Below, in pieces: positions 46,962 through 56,874 of a stretch of 64,000 nucleotides of DNA. The position numbers were made by a program, and so were the translations under genes. The number at the start of each line of letters is the position of its first letter. Position 1 is the first letter of the stretch. The notes under the pieces are model-generated. The model ran no database searches, was not told the DNA's origin, and saw only the letters and a program-made list of their open reading frames with translations. This DNA is from Nitrospirales bacterium (GTDB taxonomy: Bacteria; Nitrospirota; Nitrospiria; Nitrospirales; UBA8639), in NCBI GenBank assembly GCA_963422365.1, contig OY729426.1:2208001-2272000 (forward strand), read 5' to 3'.

Positions 46962-48395
46962 CTAGGTCGAAGTCCCACCCACCGTAATCTCATCTATTCG
47001 AATCGTCGGCAGTCCGACGCCTACCGGAACGGATTGGCCTTCTTTCCCGCAGGTCCCGATACCCGAATCCAATTTCAAATCGTAGCCCACCATGGACACG
47101 TTCTTGAGGACATCAGGCCCGTTCCCGATGAGAGTCGCCCCTTTGACCGGTTTCGTCACCTTTCCATCCTCGATGAGATAGGCTTCACTCGCCGAAAATA
47201 CGAATTTGCCATTCGTGATATCCACTTGTCCGCCTCCAAACGAAACCGCATACAAGCCTTTTTTTACTGACTGAATGATATCCTTGGGCTCGGACGTGCC
47301 CGCCAGCATAAAGGTGTTCGTCATCCGAGGCAGGACAAGACTCCGAAAATCTTCGCGCCTGCCATTGCCGGTTAAGGGAAGGCCCATCAGCCGGGCATTG
47401 AGACGATCCGTAATATAGCCCCGCAAGATTCCCTTTTCGATCAAGACGGTCTCGGTCGTCGGCGTGCCTTCATCGTCAATATTGAGCGATCCTCGCCTGA
47501 AGGGCAACGTCCCATCATCAACGATCGTGCAGGCATCGGAAGCCACACGTTGACCGATGAGATTGCTAAACGCCGACGTTTTTCTCCGGTTAAAATCAGC
47601 CTCCAGGCCATGCCCAATGGCCTCATGTAACAAAATCCCTGGCCAGCCTCCCGCTAACACCACAGGCATGATTCCCGCCGGTGCGTCTACGGCACTGAGA
47701 TTCAGGATGGCCTGCCGGGCGGCTTCTCGAGCATAAGACCGCGCTCGATCCTGTTCATGGTAAAAAGAAAAGCCGACACGCCCCCCTCCGCCAAAAGTTC
47801 CGACCTGTCGATTCTTACCCTCTTCGGCAATACACGTCACCTGCAGTCGAGATAAAGGCTGCACGTCGCCGGCTCGTAACCCCTCGGTTGTCGCAACCAA
47901 CATCACTTTATGGTCGGTATTCAATGAAGCCATCACCTTCGTAATACGAGGATCATAGCGACGTGCTTCTTGATCGATTAGATTCAGCAGAGCGACGCGC
48001 TCTTGCGTGGCGATTTCTGTAAGGGATGGCTCAAGAGGATAGAGATTCTGTGTTCTGGCAGGACAGTGGGTCACGGGGACCGGAGCATCTCCTTTCGGGG
48101 AGTCGGCTATATAGCGTGCGGTATCTGCCGCAATTTCCAGGTCCCGTTGGGACAATTCGTCGGAATAGGCAAACCCTGTTTTTTCCCCAGAGGTCGCTCG
48201 AACCCCGGCACCTTGAGCAATACTTTTGACTGCTCGTTTGACGATTCCCTCCTCCATGGACACGGACTCGGAAATCGTCGATTCAAAGTAAATATCCGCA
48301 TAATCCACGGCACGGGCATTGACCCGTGCCAAGACCTGATCAACCTCACGTTCCTTAAGCGAAAAATGTTCGAATGCAACAATTTGCTGAGACAT
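46962..48395 (-). CDS. tldD: TldD metalloprotease
   Basis: GILLHEAIGHGLEADFNR, PRMTNT, GGGQVD, CGKEGQSVPVG motifs. Confidence 0.97.
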   Translation of the reverse strand: MSQQIVAFEHFSLKEREVDQVLARVNARAVDYADIYFESTISESVSMEEGIVKRAVKSIAQGAGVRATSGEKTGFAYSDELSQRDLEIAADTARYIADSPKGDAPVPVTHCPARTQNLYPLEPSLTEIATQERVALLNLIDQEARRYDPRITKVMASLNTDHKVMLVATTEGLRAGDVQPLSRLQVTCIAEEGKNRQVGTFGGGGRVGFSFYHEQDRARSYAREAARQAILNLSAVDAPAGIMPVVLAGGWPGILLHEAIGHGLEADFNRRKTSAFSNLIGQRVASDACTIVDDGTLPFRRGSLNIDDEGTPTTETVLIEKGILRGYITDRLNARLMGLPLTGNGRREDFRSLVLPRMTNTFMLAGTSEPKDIIQSVKKGLYAVSFGGGQVDITNGKFVFSASEAYLIEDGKVTKPVKGATLIGNGPDVLKNVSMVGYDLKLDSGIGTCGKEGQSVPVGVGLPTIRIDEITVGGTST

Positions 48396-48553
48396 GTTCT
48401 TTACACTTAACACGACCACTGAAATTTGCGCAAGAAATGAAAGCCGGATTCGCTACAGAACGATGGGAGCATTGACAACAGACATAGTGACAGAGGCGTC
48501 ATCCTTTCATGCAAGACCGCTCTTCAGGTCTCAATCTCTTGCTTGCACTCGGT

Positions 48554-48582
48554 TTGACAAGACCAGGGCTCATAATTATACT
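48554..48582 (+). promoter_or_regulatory. Sigma70 promoter of uppS-cdsA-dxr-rseP
   Basis: TTGACA-N17-TATACT. Confidence 0.75.
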
Positions 48583-48626
48583 AGTTCTTCGGTGAATCCC
48601 CCATTACGCAACCAACTCCTTTACAA

Positions 48627-49427
48627 ATGATGACACCCGATTTAACAGATCCCTTGACGGGACTGACAGAGGATGATTTCTTGTCACAGCTTGTTCATGA
48701 AACCCTGCCCCGTCATGTGGCCATCATTATGGATGGGAACGGTCGGTGGGCCTCTCATCGTGAGCTACCACGTATCGCAGGGCACAAGGAAGGGTTGCTT
48801 GCCCTCCATGAAGTGCTCAATGCCTGTTATCTGCTGGGAATTTCGATTCTAACAATTTATGCGTTCTCCCGGGAGAACTGGAAGCGGCCTCAAGCCGAGA
48901 TTGATTTGCTTATGACGCTCCTTGAAGAATTTCTTCATCAGGAACGGCAGACCTTCCATGAACGGAAAATACGGTTTTTCCCCATTGGTCTGCTGTATGA
49001 GCTTCCTTCTTCCACTCAAGACTTGGTGCGTGCCGTAGCCCAAGAGACCGAACATTTCACCGACAGAACCGTGACGGTCGCCCTCAGTTATGGAGGACGC
49101 TCCGAGATTATTGATGCCATAAATCACCTGATTGAAGATATTCAATACAAAAAACCGTCGAGGCGCATTCATGAAGCCCAATTTGAACAGTACCTGTCCA
49201 CAGCCGGTCTTCCAGACCCGGACCTCCTCATTCGAACGAGCGGGGAAGCGAGAATCAGCAATTTTCTGCTCTGGCAAATCGCCTATACGGAGTTGTATTT
49301 TACAAAAACCCTTTGGCCCGACTTCCGACGACGTGACCTGTTCCTGGCTCTGCTCGATTACCAAAAACGAGATCGTCGCTTCGGTCGTCTCTCGCAAGCA
49401 GTCTCTCCTCAAAGAAACAGGTTGTGA
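48627..49427 (+). CDS. uppS: Undecaprenyl diphosphate synthase
   Basis: HVAIIMDGNGRWA, AFSRENWKRP, LIRTSGEARISNFLLWQ motifs. Confidence 0.97.
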   Translation: MMTPDLTDPLTGLTEDDFLSQLVHETLPRHVAIIMDGNGRWASHRELPRIAGHKEGLLALHEVLNACYLLGISILTIYAFSRENWKRPQAEIDLLMTLLEEFLHQERQTFHERKIRFFPIGLLYELPSSTQDLVRAVAQETEHFTDRTVTVALSYGGRSEIIDAINHLIEDIQYKKPSRRIHEAQFEQYLSTAGLPDPDLLIRTSGEARISNFLLWQIAYTELYFTKTLWPDFRRRDLFLALLDYQKRDRRFGRLSQAVSPQRNRL

Positions 49428-50308
49428 GCACGAATAATGTGGTCGAGCCCGCCTCCAGGGGCCAATCGAATCATCCGGATCCCGTCGCATCCCAATCATC
49501 CACGTTAGGGTTTGACCCAAAACGAGTGTATTCCGCCCTGGTTTTGATTCCTCTCTTGTATTTCCTCACTCGATATCTGCCACCGGTGGCATTCTTTGCT
49601 TTGATCAGCACGACCGTTCTGCTCGCACAATGGGAATTCCTGGGAATGTTCACCGAGAAGAGCCATCTGTCTCACCATACCCTCGTTGGCTTTCTGGGAG
49701 CCTTTCTTCTCTTAATTGCGATGCAGTGGCCAACAGTTCTCAGTTTTCCTCTAGCCCTCTTGATTACCCTCACAGGCCTCCTGTGTTATCAAGTCAGCAT
49801 GGCTCCTTTGGAACCCCGCCATCTTCCTATGTTCATTGTCCTATTTGGGATCCTCTATATCGGGTATACCCTCGGACACTTTCTCTGGCTGAGAAATCAA
49901 AAAGATGGGACGTTCTTGGTTTTGTTTGTGCTGTTGGTCACATGGGCAGGTGACGCAGCCGCATATTATACCGGCAAACTTTGGGGATCACGGCCTCTGG
50001 CTCCCCGATTAAGCCCGAATAAAACCATCGAAGGGTTTCTAGGTGGCCTGATTGTGGCCCCACTCATTGCCTGGATCGGCCATATGTGGTTTCTCCCTAT
50101 TGTCACACCACTCGATTGTCTGATCTTAGGTTTGCTATTCACTGTGCTAGGAGTCGTAGGGGATCTCTCTGAGTCGGCCCTCAAACGATATGCCGGCGTC
50201 AAAGATTCCTGCTCCTTGATTCCTGGACACGGAGGGATTTTGGACCGAATTGATAGCCTGCTTCTTAGCGTGCCGGCTTTTTACTATTATATGATGTTTG
50301 TGAAATAG
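49424..50308 (+). CDS. cdsA: Phosphatidate cytidylyltransferase
   Basis: SPNKTIEG, GDLSESALKR, KDS..LIPGHGGILDRIDS motifs. Confidence 0.96.
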   Translation: MSTNNVVEPASRGQSNHPDPVASQSSTLGFDPKRVYSALVLIPLLYFLTRYLPPVAFFALISTTVLLAQWEFLGMFTEKSHLSHHTLVGFLGAFLLLIAMQWPTVLSFPLALLITLTGLLCYQVSMAPLEPRHLPMFIVLFGILYIGYTLGHFLWLRNQKDGTFLVLFVLLVTWAGDAAAYYTGKLWGSRPLAPRLSPNKTIEGFLGGLIVAPLIAWIGHMWFLPIVTPLDCLILGLLFTVLGVVGDLSESALKRYAGVKDSCSLIPGHGGILDRIDSLLLSVPAFYYYMMFVK

Positions 50309-50338
50309 TCTCTTATCAACCGACACTTCTTCCCTACG

Positions 50339-51496
50339 ATGAAACAGATCATTCTTCTTGGCTCAACAGGCTCCATCGGAGAGAGCACCCTCGACATCGT
50401 CGCCAAATTTCCAGATCAATTTTCGATTTTAGGGTTGGCTGCTCGACACAGTGACGAGAAGTTGGAAGAACAAATTCGCTCGTTTCGTCCCAAATTCGTG
50501 GCCCTTGCTAATTCTGCTGCTGCGCACCGACTCCGTTTTCGCATGAATGATCCAGCTCTTCACATCCTCGATGGCCCCAACGGCGTGACGGAAGTGGCTT
50601 CCCATCCAGAGAGTGATCTGGTCATCTCAGCCATCGTGGGGGGAGCAGGCCTAGTCCCAACCATGGCCGCCATTCGTGCAGGCCGTCGGGTGGCATTGGC
50701 CAACAAAGAGCCCATGGTCATGGCCGGACAACTGATGCAAGAAGAAGCTCACCGCCAAAGATTGCCTATTTTCCCCATCGATAGCGAACACAGTGCGATT
50801 TTTCAGTCGCTTGTTGGCCATCGACGCGAAGATGTCCGTCGCATCATTCTGACGGCCTCTGGCGGCCCATTTTGGGACTGTACGAAAGACTCTATGAAGA
50901 CCGTCACACCCGAACAAGCACTCCAACATCCGAACTGGCAAATGGGATCGAAAATTACCATTGATTCTGCGACGCTTATGAATAAAGGGCTGGAGGTCAT
51001 CGAAGCCCGTTGGCTCTTTGATTGCCCACCCGCTCAACTCGACATTGTTATTCACCGAGAAAGCATCATCCATTCTCTAGTAGAATATCGAGATGGGTCA
51101 GTAATCGCCCAATTGGGCTTGCCCGATATGCGAACCCCGATTAGTTATGCGATGCATTACCCTCAACGCGTGCCCCTGGATCCACCCTCTTTGGATCTAT
51201 GGAAATTTGGCAAATTGACTTTTCATCAGCCTGATCCTGTACGATTTCCCTGTCTGCGGCTAGCCTATGAGGCGTTAGAACACGGTGGAACCTGTCCGGC
51301 AATTCTCAATGCCGCGAATGAGGTCGCCGTGGATGCATTTTTGCATCATGGGCTCCCCTTTGGGGAAATTGCCAACATCATTGACCAAACCATACAATGT
51401 GCCGATCTTCAACCTCTCACATCATTGGACGATGCCTTGGAGGCCGATCGTTGGGCCAGGGAAAAATCCTCGGCGCTCATCCTCTGTTTAGCCTAA
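50339..51496 (+). CDS. dxr: 1-deoxy-D-xylulose 5-phosphate reductoisomerase
   Basis: LGSTGSIG, LANKE, PIDSEHSA, LTASGGPF, KITIDSATLMNKGLE motifs. Confidence 0.98.
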   Translation: MKQIILLGSTGSIGESTLDIVAKFPDQFSILGLAARHSDEKLEEQIRSFRPKFVALANSAAAHRLRFRMNDPALHILDGPNGVTEVASHPESDLVISAIVGGAGLVPTMAAIRAGRRVALANKEPMVMAGQLMQEEAHRQRLPIFPIDSEHSAIFQSLVGHRREDVRRIILTASGGPFWDCTKDSMKTVTPEQALQHPNWQMGSKITIDSATLMNKGLEVIEARWLFDCPPAQLDIVIHRESIIHSLVEYRDGSVIAQLGLPDMRTPISYAMHYPQRVPLDPPSLDLWKFGKLTFHQPDPVRFPCLRLAYEALEHGGTCPAILNAANEVAVDAFLHHGLPFGEIANIIDQTIQCADLQPLTSLDDALEADRWAREKSSALILCLA

Positions 51497-51535
51497 TATA
51501 AACATTCGCTCCTTCACATCCTCACGAGTTACGCA

Positions 51536-52900
51536 ATGTCTCCCGATATCATTTACGTCATCGTTCAAAAGATATGGTGGTTTTTAGTGGTGCTGGGTGT
51601 CCTCGTGACCTTTCATGAGTCTGGACACTTTATCGTGGCGCGTTGGGCAGGGGTAAAAGTCCTGAAATTTTCCTTAGGCTTTGGGCCAAAAGTGATCAGT
51701 CGTCAAGTCGGGGATACCGAATATCTCCTCTCGGCCATTCCCCTTGGTGGATACGTCAAAATGTTCGGAGAAGACATTGGCGAGACCGTCTCTCCAGAAG
51801 AACGGGAACGATCGTTTGCGCACAAACCCTTATGGAAACGTACCCTCATTGTGGCGGCAGGGCCAGGGTTCAATTTTTTCTTAAGCTACCTGATTTTTTC
51901 GGCCTGGCTGGCCGTGGGGTCTCCCCTGCCCATCCCAACCTTTGACGAGATCTTACCCACGATCGATGCCATCAGAGCAGACTCACCGGCCAGCCAAACC
52001 GGTCTTCAAGTCGGCGACCGGATTACAAGAATTGATGAACAAGAGATAACCACGAAAAATGACGTCTATGCCGCCATTGCCGAAAGCAGTGGGCGTTCGC
52101 TCACAGTAGAAGTTCGTCGAGGCGACACACTGAAAACGTTCCCCCTCACCCCTGAACTCTACGACCCGGACGACATCGAGCAACCAATCTATCTCATTGG
52201 CATCGAAGAAGCGGCTCCCATCGTGACGTCCGTCATGCCGGATATGCCCGCTGCCAAAGCAGGATTAGAGGAAGGAGATCGCATCCTTGAGATTCAAGGG
52301 GATCCGATTCAGACCTGGTCACAGATGACCAAAATTATCAGGGCCCATCCGAATGTCCCCCTCACGATGCAGGTTGAGCGTGAAGGCGCACCTCTCACGT
52401 TAACGATCATTCCCGAGCCCCATGAATTCACGGACAAGGGAACAAGCACCACGATTGGCAAAATCGGCATCATGGGGTCAGGACGATCGGTTCTCCGCGC
52501 GTCCTCACCTCTCATGGCCATGATTCAGGGGGTGAAAGCCACGTGGGGATGGTCCCAACTCACCGTCGTCGGCATCTACAAAATGTTGACGGGAGAAATA
52601 TCCTCCAAAAATATCGGGGGGCCTATCATGATTGCCAGTGCCTCCGGTACGGCTGCCGAACGAGGCCTCCCTGACATGATGTTTTTCGTGGCCATTTTGA
52701 GTATCAACCTGGGCATTCTGAATTTATTGCCTATTCCAATCTTAGACGGCGGCCATCTTTTCTTCTTTGCCTGTGAAGCGATTTTAGGCCGTCCGCTTGC
52801 CGAACGACAACGAGAATTTACCCAACAAGTGGGAATCGTGCTGCTTTTTGGGATTATGATTTTTGCGTTTTTCAACGACATCCAACGATTGCTTCAATAA
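51536..52900 (+). CDS. rseP: RIP metalloprotease RseP (two PDZ domains)
   Basis: HESGH, AIPLGGYVKM, NLLPIPILDGGH motifs. Confidence 0.96.
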   Translation: MSPDIIYVIVQKIWWFLVVLGVLVTFHESGHFIVARWAGVKVLKFSLGFGPKVISRQVGDTEYLLSAIPLGGYVKMFGEDIGETVSPEERERSFAHKPLWKRTLIVAAGPGFNFFLSYLIFSAWLAVGSPLPIPTFDEILPTIDAIRADSPASQTGLQVGDRITRIDEQEITTKNDVYAAIAESSGRSLTVEVRRGDTLKTFPLTPELYDPDDIEQPIYLIGIEEAAPIVTSVMPDMPAAKAGLEEGDRILEIQGDPIQTWSQMTKIIRAHPNVPLTMQVEREGAPLTLTIIPEPHEFTDKGTSTTIGKIGIMGSGRSVLRASSPLMAMIQGVKATWGWSQLTVVGIYKMLTGEISSKNIGGPIMIASASGTAAERGLPDMMFFVAILSINLGILNLLPIPILDGGHLFFFACEAILGRPLAERQREFTQQVGIVLLFGIMIFAFFNDIQRLLQ

Positions 52901-52996
52901 TCCTGAAATCCTATCCTCCACCTTCATTATTCATGAACCGGCTAGCACCTGAGACCACCACCCCGACTTCTGCTCTAGAAAAGGATCACCCCTCTT

Positions 52997-54718
52997 ATGC
53001 GGACGAGCCAACTGTTCATTCCGACACTTCGTCAGACCCCCAGTGAAGCTGAAGTCATCAGTCACCGGCTCATGTTGCGCGCCGGCATGATTCGAAAAGT
53101 TGCAGCCGGGATCTACACCTATCTCCCGCTGGGCCTGCGGGTCCTCAAAAAAATTGAATGTATTATTCGCCAAGAGATGAATCGTACCGGTGCGCAGGAA
53201 CTCTTGATGCCGATCCTTTCTCCCGCTGAGCTGTGGCGTGAAACAGGACGCTGGGATTTTTACGGGAAGGAATTACTTCGATGCCAAGATCGGCATGACC
53301 GCGATTTTTGCTTCGGCCCCACACATGAAGAAGTCATCACCGACCTCTTTCGCCGTGAGATACGGTCCTATCGTCAACTCCCCATGAACTGCTACCAAAT
53401 TCAAACCAAATTCCGCGATGAAATCCGCCCTCGCTTCGGCTTGATGCGCGGACGGGAATTTATCATGAAGGACGCCTACAGTTTCGATGCCAATCTGGAG
53501 AGTGCACGTCTCAGCTATCAAAAAATGTATGACGCCTACGAACAAATTTTCACACGATGCGGGCTTCATTTCCGTGCAGTCGAAGCAGACAATGGGATGA
53601 TTGGCGGCAGCATGTCACATGAATTTATGGTGTTGGCTGCTACGGGGGAAGAAACGATCGTGTATGACGAACATGGATCCTATGCCGCCAATGTTGAGCG
53701 AGCAGAAGTGCCGCCTCCCCCGGAAGAGAACGATGCGACGTCACTCCCTCTCGAAGCCGTGCACACCCCAGGGACAAAAACCGTCCAAGCCGTCTGTGCC
53801 TTTTTACAGATTTCGCCGGATCGACTTGTCAAAACCTTGCTCTACCAAACACCGACAAATGACATCATTGCGGTTTTGATTCGTGGCGATCACGAGGCGA
53901 ATGAAATCAAAATCAATCGTTTTTTAGAGACCACGGGAATAACGCTGGCGAGCATGGAAACCGTCAGCAACGTGTCGTCTGCCCCAGTAGGCTTTGCTGG
54001 TCCGGTTGGGCTCCGGGGTATCCGAATAGTCGCGGACCATGCGATCAAAGCCATGCGGAACTTCGTGGTCGGGGGGAATAAGCATGATACCCACCTGATA
54101 AATGCAAACTGGGAGCGAGACTTTACCGTCGAGGCGTTTCTTGACTTGCGCCAAGCCCAAGCCGGCGACCCCTCCCCCAGAAGTGATACCCGTTTACAAG
54201 AGGCCAAAGGCATTGAAGTGGGTCACGTCTTCTTATTGGGGACCAAGTATAGCGAAACCATGCATGCGACGTTCCTGGATCCGGAAGGACAAGAAACATC
54301 AGCCATTATGGGATGTTATGGCATTGGGGTGAGCCGAACCGCCGCCGCGGCAATTGAACAAAATCATGATAGCAAGGGTATGGTGTGGCCCGTGCCCATT
54401 GCGCCCTTTCATATTCATTTGTTGCCGGTGACAGCCTCGGAGCAGGTGCGTAAAACCGTCGGCAGGCTGTATGATTCGTGCATTGAAGCAGGCTTGGAAG
54501 TTTTATGGGACGACCGCGATGAGCGTGCAGGGGTGAAATTTAACGACGCGGACTTGATTGGGGCACCCTTTCATCTCACCATTGGCGATAAGGGCTTGGC
54601 ACAAGGCATACTCGAATTAAAACAGCGCAACACCGGAAAAGTAGTTCAACTACGGCCAACCGAGGTGCTTTCCCACGTGAAAGACCTGCTCTCCTCCTAT
54701 GATCTTCCGCATGGGTGA
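52997..54718 (+). CDS. proS: Proline--tRNA ligase
   Basis: GPTHEE, KFRDEIRPRFGLMRGREF, IEVGHVF, MGCYGIGVSR motifs. Confidence 0.98.
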   Translation: MRTSQLFIPTLRQTPSEAEVISHRLMLRAGMIRKVAAGIYTYLPLGLRVLKKIECIIRQEMNRTGAQELLMPILSPAELWRETGRWDFYGKELLRCQDRHDRDFCFGPTHEEVITDLFRREIRSYRQLPMNCYQIQTKFRDEIRPRFGLMRGREFIMKDAYSFDANLESARLSYQKMYDAYEQIFTRCGLHFRAVEADNGMIGGSMSHEFMVLAATGEETIVYDEHGSYAANVERAEVPPPPEENDATSLPLEAVHTPGTKTVQAVCAFLQISPDRLVKTLLYQTPTNDIIAVLIRGDHEANEIKINRFLETTGITLASMETVSNVSSAPVGFAGPVGLRGIRIVADHAIKAMRNFVVGGNKHDTHLINANWERDFTVEAFLDLRQAQAGDPSPRSDTRLQEAKGIEVGHVFLLGTKYSETMHATFLDPEGQETSAIMGCYGIGVSRTAAAAIEQNHDSKGMVWPVPIAPFHIHLLPVTASEQVRKTVGRLYDSCIEAGLEVLWDDRDERAGVKFNDADLIGAPFHLTIGDKGLAQGILELKQRNTGKVVQLRPTEVLSHVKDLLSSYDLPHG

Positions 54719-54881
54719 CGAGCCTCACCCTCAATGAGGAGAAGGCTTTCGCTTTCATAGGGAAGACGTGTAGGGCCGGCTCTCATGCGGCCTTCGTGCT
54801 TTGAATTGACAAAAGAAAGAACTGAATGATAGTTTGGACTTGATTAAGCGAAGCAGTGTAGGAATTGAGCAGCCTGTAGGT

Positions 54882-55337
54882 ATGATGACTCAAATGGATG
54901 TTCGGGGACTTTTGTTTGACCCCTATAATAATGCCTATATTATCATCCTTCGGGACGAACAAAACTCCGACTTGCTTCCGATTTGGGTTGGGAAATCCGA
55001 AGCAAGTGCCATCAGTTTTGCTTTGGAGAATATTTCCCCACCCCGTCCCATGACGCATGATTTGATGAAATCGATTTTGGACAATGTCGAGGCCAAAGTT
55101 TTAAGCGCCGTCGTCACTGACCTAAAAGAGAATACGTACTATGCCAAGATCCATCTATGGTATGGTGACTCAGAATACTCTATTGATTCAAGGCCCAGTG
55201 ACGCGATTGCACTGGCTTTGCGTGCCGAAGCCCCAATTTTTACCAGAGAGGAAGTCCTTCAAAAACAGAGTTCCGAGGAATTGGAGCGGTGGCTAGAAAA
55301 TTTAAAACCTGAAGATTTCGGCAAATTCGAGACCTAG
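54882..55337 (+). CDS. Bifunctional nuclease family protein (DUF151), copy 1
   Basis: [30 protein letters not shown] motifs. Confidence 0.92.
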   Translation: MMTQMDVRGLLFDPYNNAYIIILRDEQNSDLLPIWVGKSEASAISFALENISPPRPMTHDLMKSILDNVEAKVLSAVVTDLKENTYYAKIHLWYGDSEYSIDSRPSDAIALALRAEAPIFTREEVLQKQSSEELERWLENLKPEDFGKFET

Positions 55338-55399
55338 TGTTTAAGAACATGTTCTCGACTTTCTTGTAAACTGACCCATTGACATCCCTCACAATGTCC

Positions 55400-55876
55400 A
55401 TGAATGTAGAACAAAATATCGACCTCATCCCGTTAAAAGTTCATGAAGTCCTTGTTGATCCCAATACGGATACCCAGATTGTAATCCTCCGGGATGAAAT
55501 CAATGCCGATGTCCTTCCAATTTGGGTAGGCACGGCTGAGGGCACCTCGATTCGTCTAGCGTTGGAGGATGTCATTCCGCCTAGACCGATGAGTCATGAT
55601 TTAATGACAAGTCTCTCGACCCATCTCGGCATGAAGATTACCCAAGTCGTGGTGACGGATGTCCAAAACAACACCTACTATGCCACGGTTCACGTCTCTT
55701 TGAATGAACTCGAACTAACGGTAGATGCTCGGCCAAGCGATGCCATTGCCCTGGCCCTAAGAGCCAAGTGTCCGATTTACGTAACACAAGAGGTCCTCAA
55801 GAGACAATCTGGTGATAATTTAGAGGCTTGGCTGGCTAAACTCGATCCCAAAGAATTTGGCCAATCCGAAACCTGA
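55400..55876 (+). CDS. Bifunctional nuclease family protein (DUF151), copy 2
   Basis: [30 protein letters not shown] motifs. Confidence 0.92.
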   Translation: MNVEQNIDLIPLKVHEVLVDPNTDTQIVILRDEINADVLPIWVGTAEGTSIRLALEDVIPPRPMSHDLMTSLSTHLGMKITQVVVTDVQNNTYYATVHVSLNELELTVDARPSDAIALALRAKCPIYVTQEVLKRQSGDNLEAWLAKLDPKEFGQSET

Positions 55877-55904
55877 TCTCAAACTAGAACATGGAGAATT
55901 TCTG

Positions 55905-56330
55905 ATGCGTACCTTCCAAGCAAAACCCCATGAGATCGATAGAAAATGGTATATTCTTGACGCCAAAGGGATTCCACTCGGTCGGTTGGCCACTCAAGCC
56001 GCCACACTTCTCCGCGGCAAGCATAAACCGACGTTTACGCCCCACGTCGATACAGGGGACCATGTCATTGTGATCAATGCCGAAGAGATTCGACTGACCG
56101 GAAAAAAGTTACAGGAGAAAACATATTATCATCACACCGGATATCCCGGTGGGCTGAAATCCATGACTGCCGAACGGCTCTTGAAAAAAACCCCCACGGA
56201 AATCGTGTCCAAAGCCATTCAAGGCATGCTTCCGCATAGTCCGTTAGGGAAAAAAATGGCGAAAAAGTTGCGAATCTATGTTGGGACGGATCACCCACAT
56301 GTCGCACAATGTCCAGAGCCCTGGTTATAA
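55905..56330 (+). CDS. rplM: 50S ribosomal protein L13
   Basis: [30 protein letters not shown] motifs. Confidence 0.98.
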   Translation: MRTFQAKPHEIDRKWYILDAKGIPLGRLATQAATLLRGKHKPTFTPHVDTGDHVIVINAEEIRLTGKKLQEKTYYHHTGYPGGLKSMTAERLLKKTPTEIVSKAIQGMLPHSPLGKKMAKKLRIYVGTDHPHVAQCPEPWL

Positions 56331-56383
56331 AAATAGCATCTGCGTGTTTTACACATCATGTTTTAGAAGAAAGGCTCTTACCG

Positions 56384-56776
56384 ATGGCAAGTCAACGTCA
56401 TTATGCGACCGGAAAACGCAAATATGCGATCGCACGCGCCTGGGTCGAACCAGGCCCTCCGGAAATTACAGTCAATGGCCGAACACTTGAACATTACTTT
56501 ACCCTTCTTTCACAGCGCACTCAGGTAGAATCTCCCCTTGAAGTGACCAACACGATGGGGCAATTTCGCATTACAGCCTCGATTTGCGGTGGCGGCGGAA
56601 CCGGACAAGCTGGAGCTCTACGCCACGCGATTGCCAAAGCCTTGATGCAAGTGAACCCTGACTTTCGTGAGGCTCTTAAGAAAGACGGGTTACTGACACG
56701 TGACCCCCGTGTGAAAGAAAGAAAAAAATACGGGCAAAAAGGCGCACGAAGCCGATTTCAATATTCCAAGCGTTAA
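56384..56776 (+). CDS. rpsI: 30S ribosomal protein S9
   Basis: GQAGALRHAIAKAL, LLTRDPRVKERKKYG, FQYSKR. Confidence 0.98.
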   Translation: MASQRHYATGKRKYAIARAWVEPGPPEITVNGRTLEHYFTLLSQRTQVESPLEVTNTMGQFRITASICGGGGTGQAGALRHAIAKALMQVNPDFREALKKDGLLTRDPRVKERKKYGQKGARSRFQYSKR

Positions 56777-56790
56777 GCGCGCAGACGCTC

Positions 56791-56850
56791 AGGAAGAAGA
56801 CGAAAAAAGGGAAGGCATCGAAGCCTTCCCTTTTTTCGTCTTCTTCCTTT
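56791..56850. terminator. Intrinsic (bidirectional) terminator within a perfect 26-bp inverted repeat
   Basis: AAAAAAGGGAAGGC-ATCGAA-GCCTTCCCTTTTTT core; arms 56791-56816 and 56823-56848. Confidence 0.85.
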
Positions 56851-56874
56851 CTGACAAGTCGCAATGCATAATCA

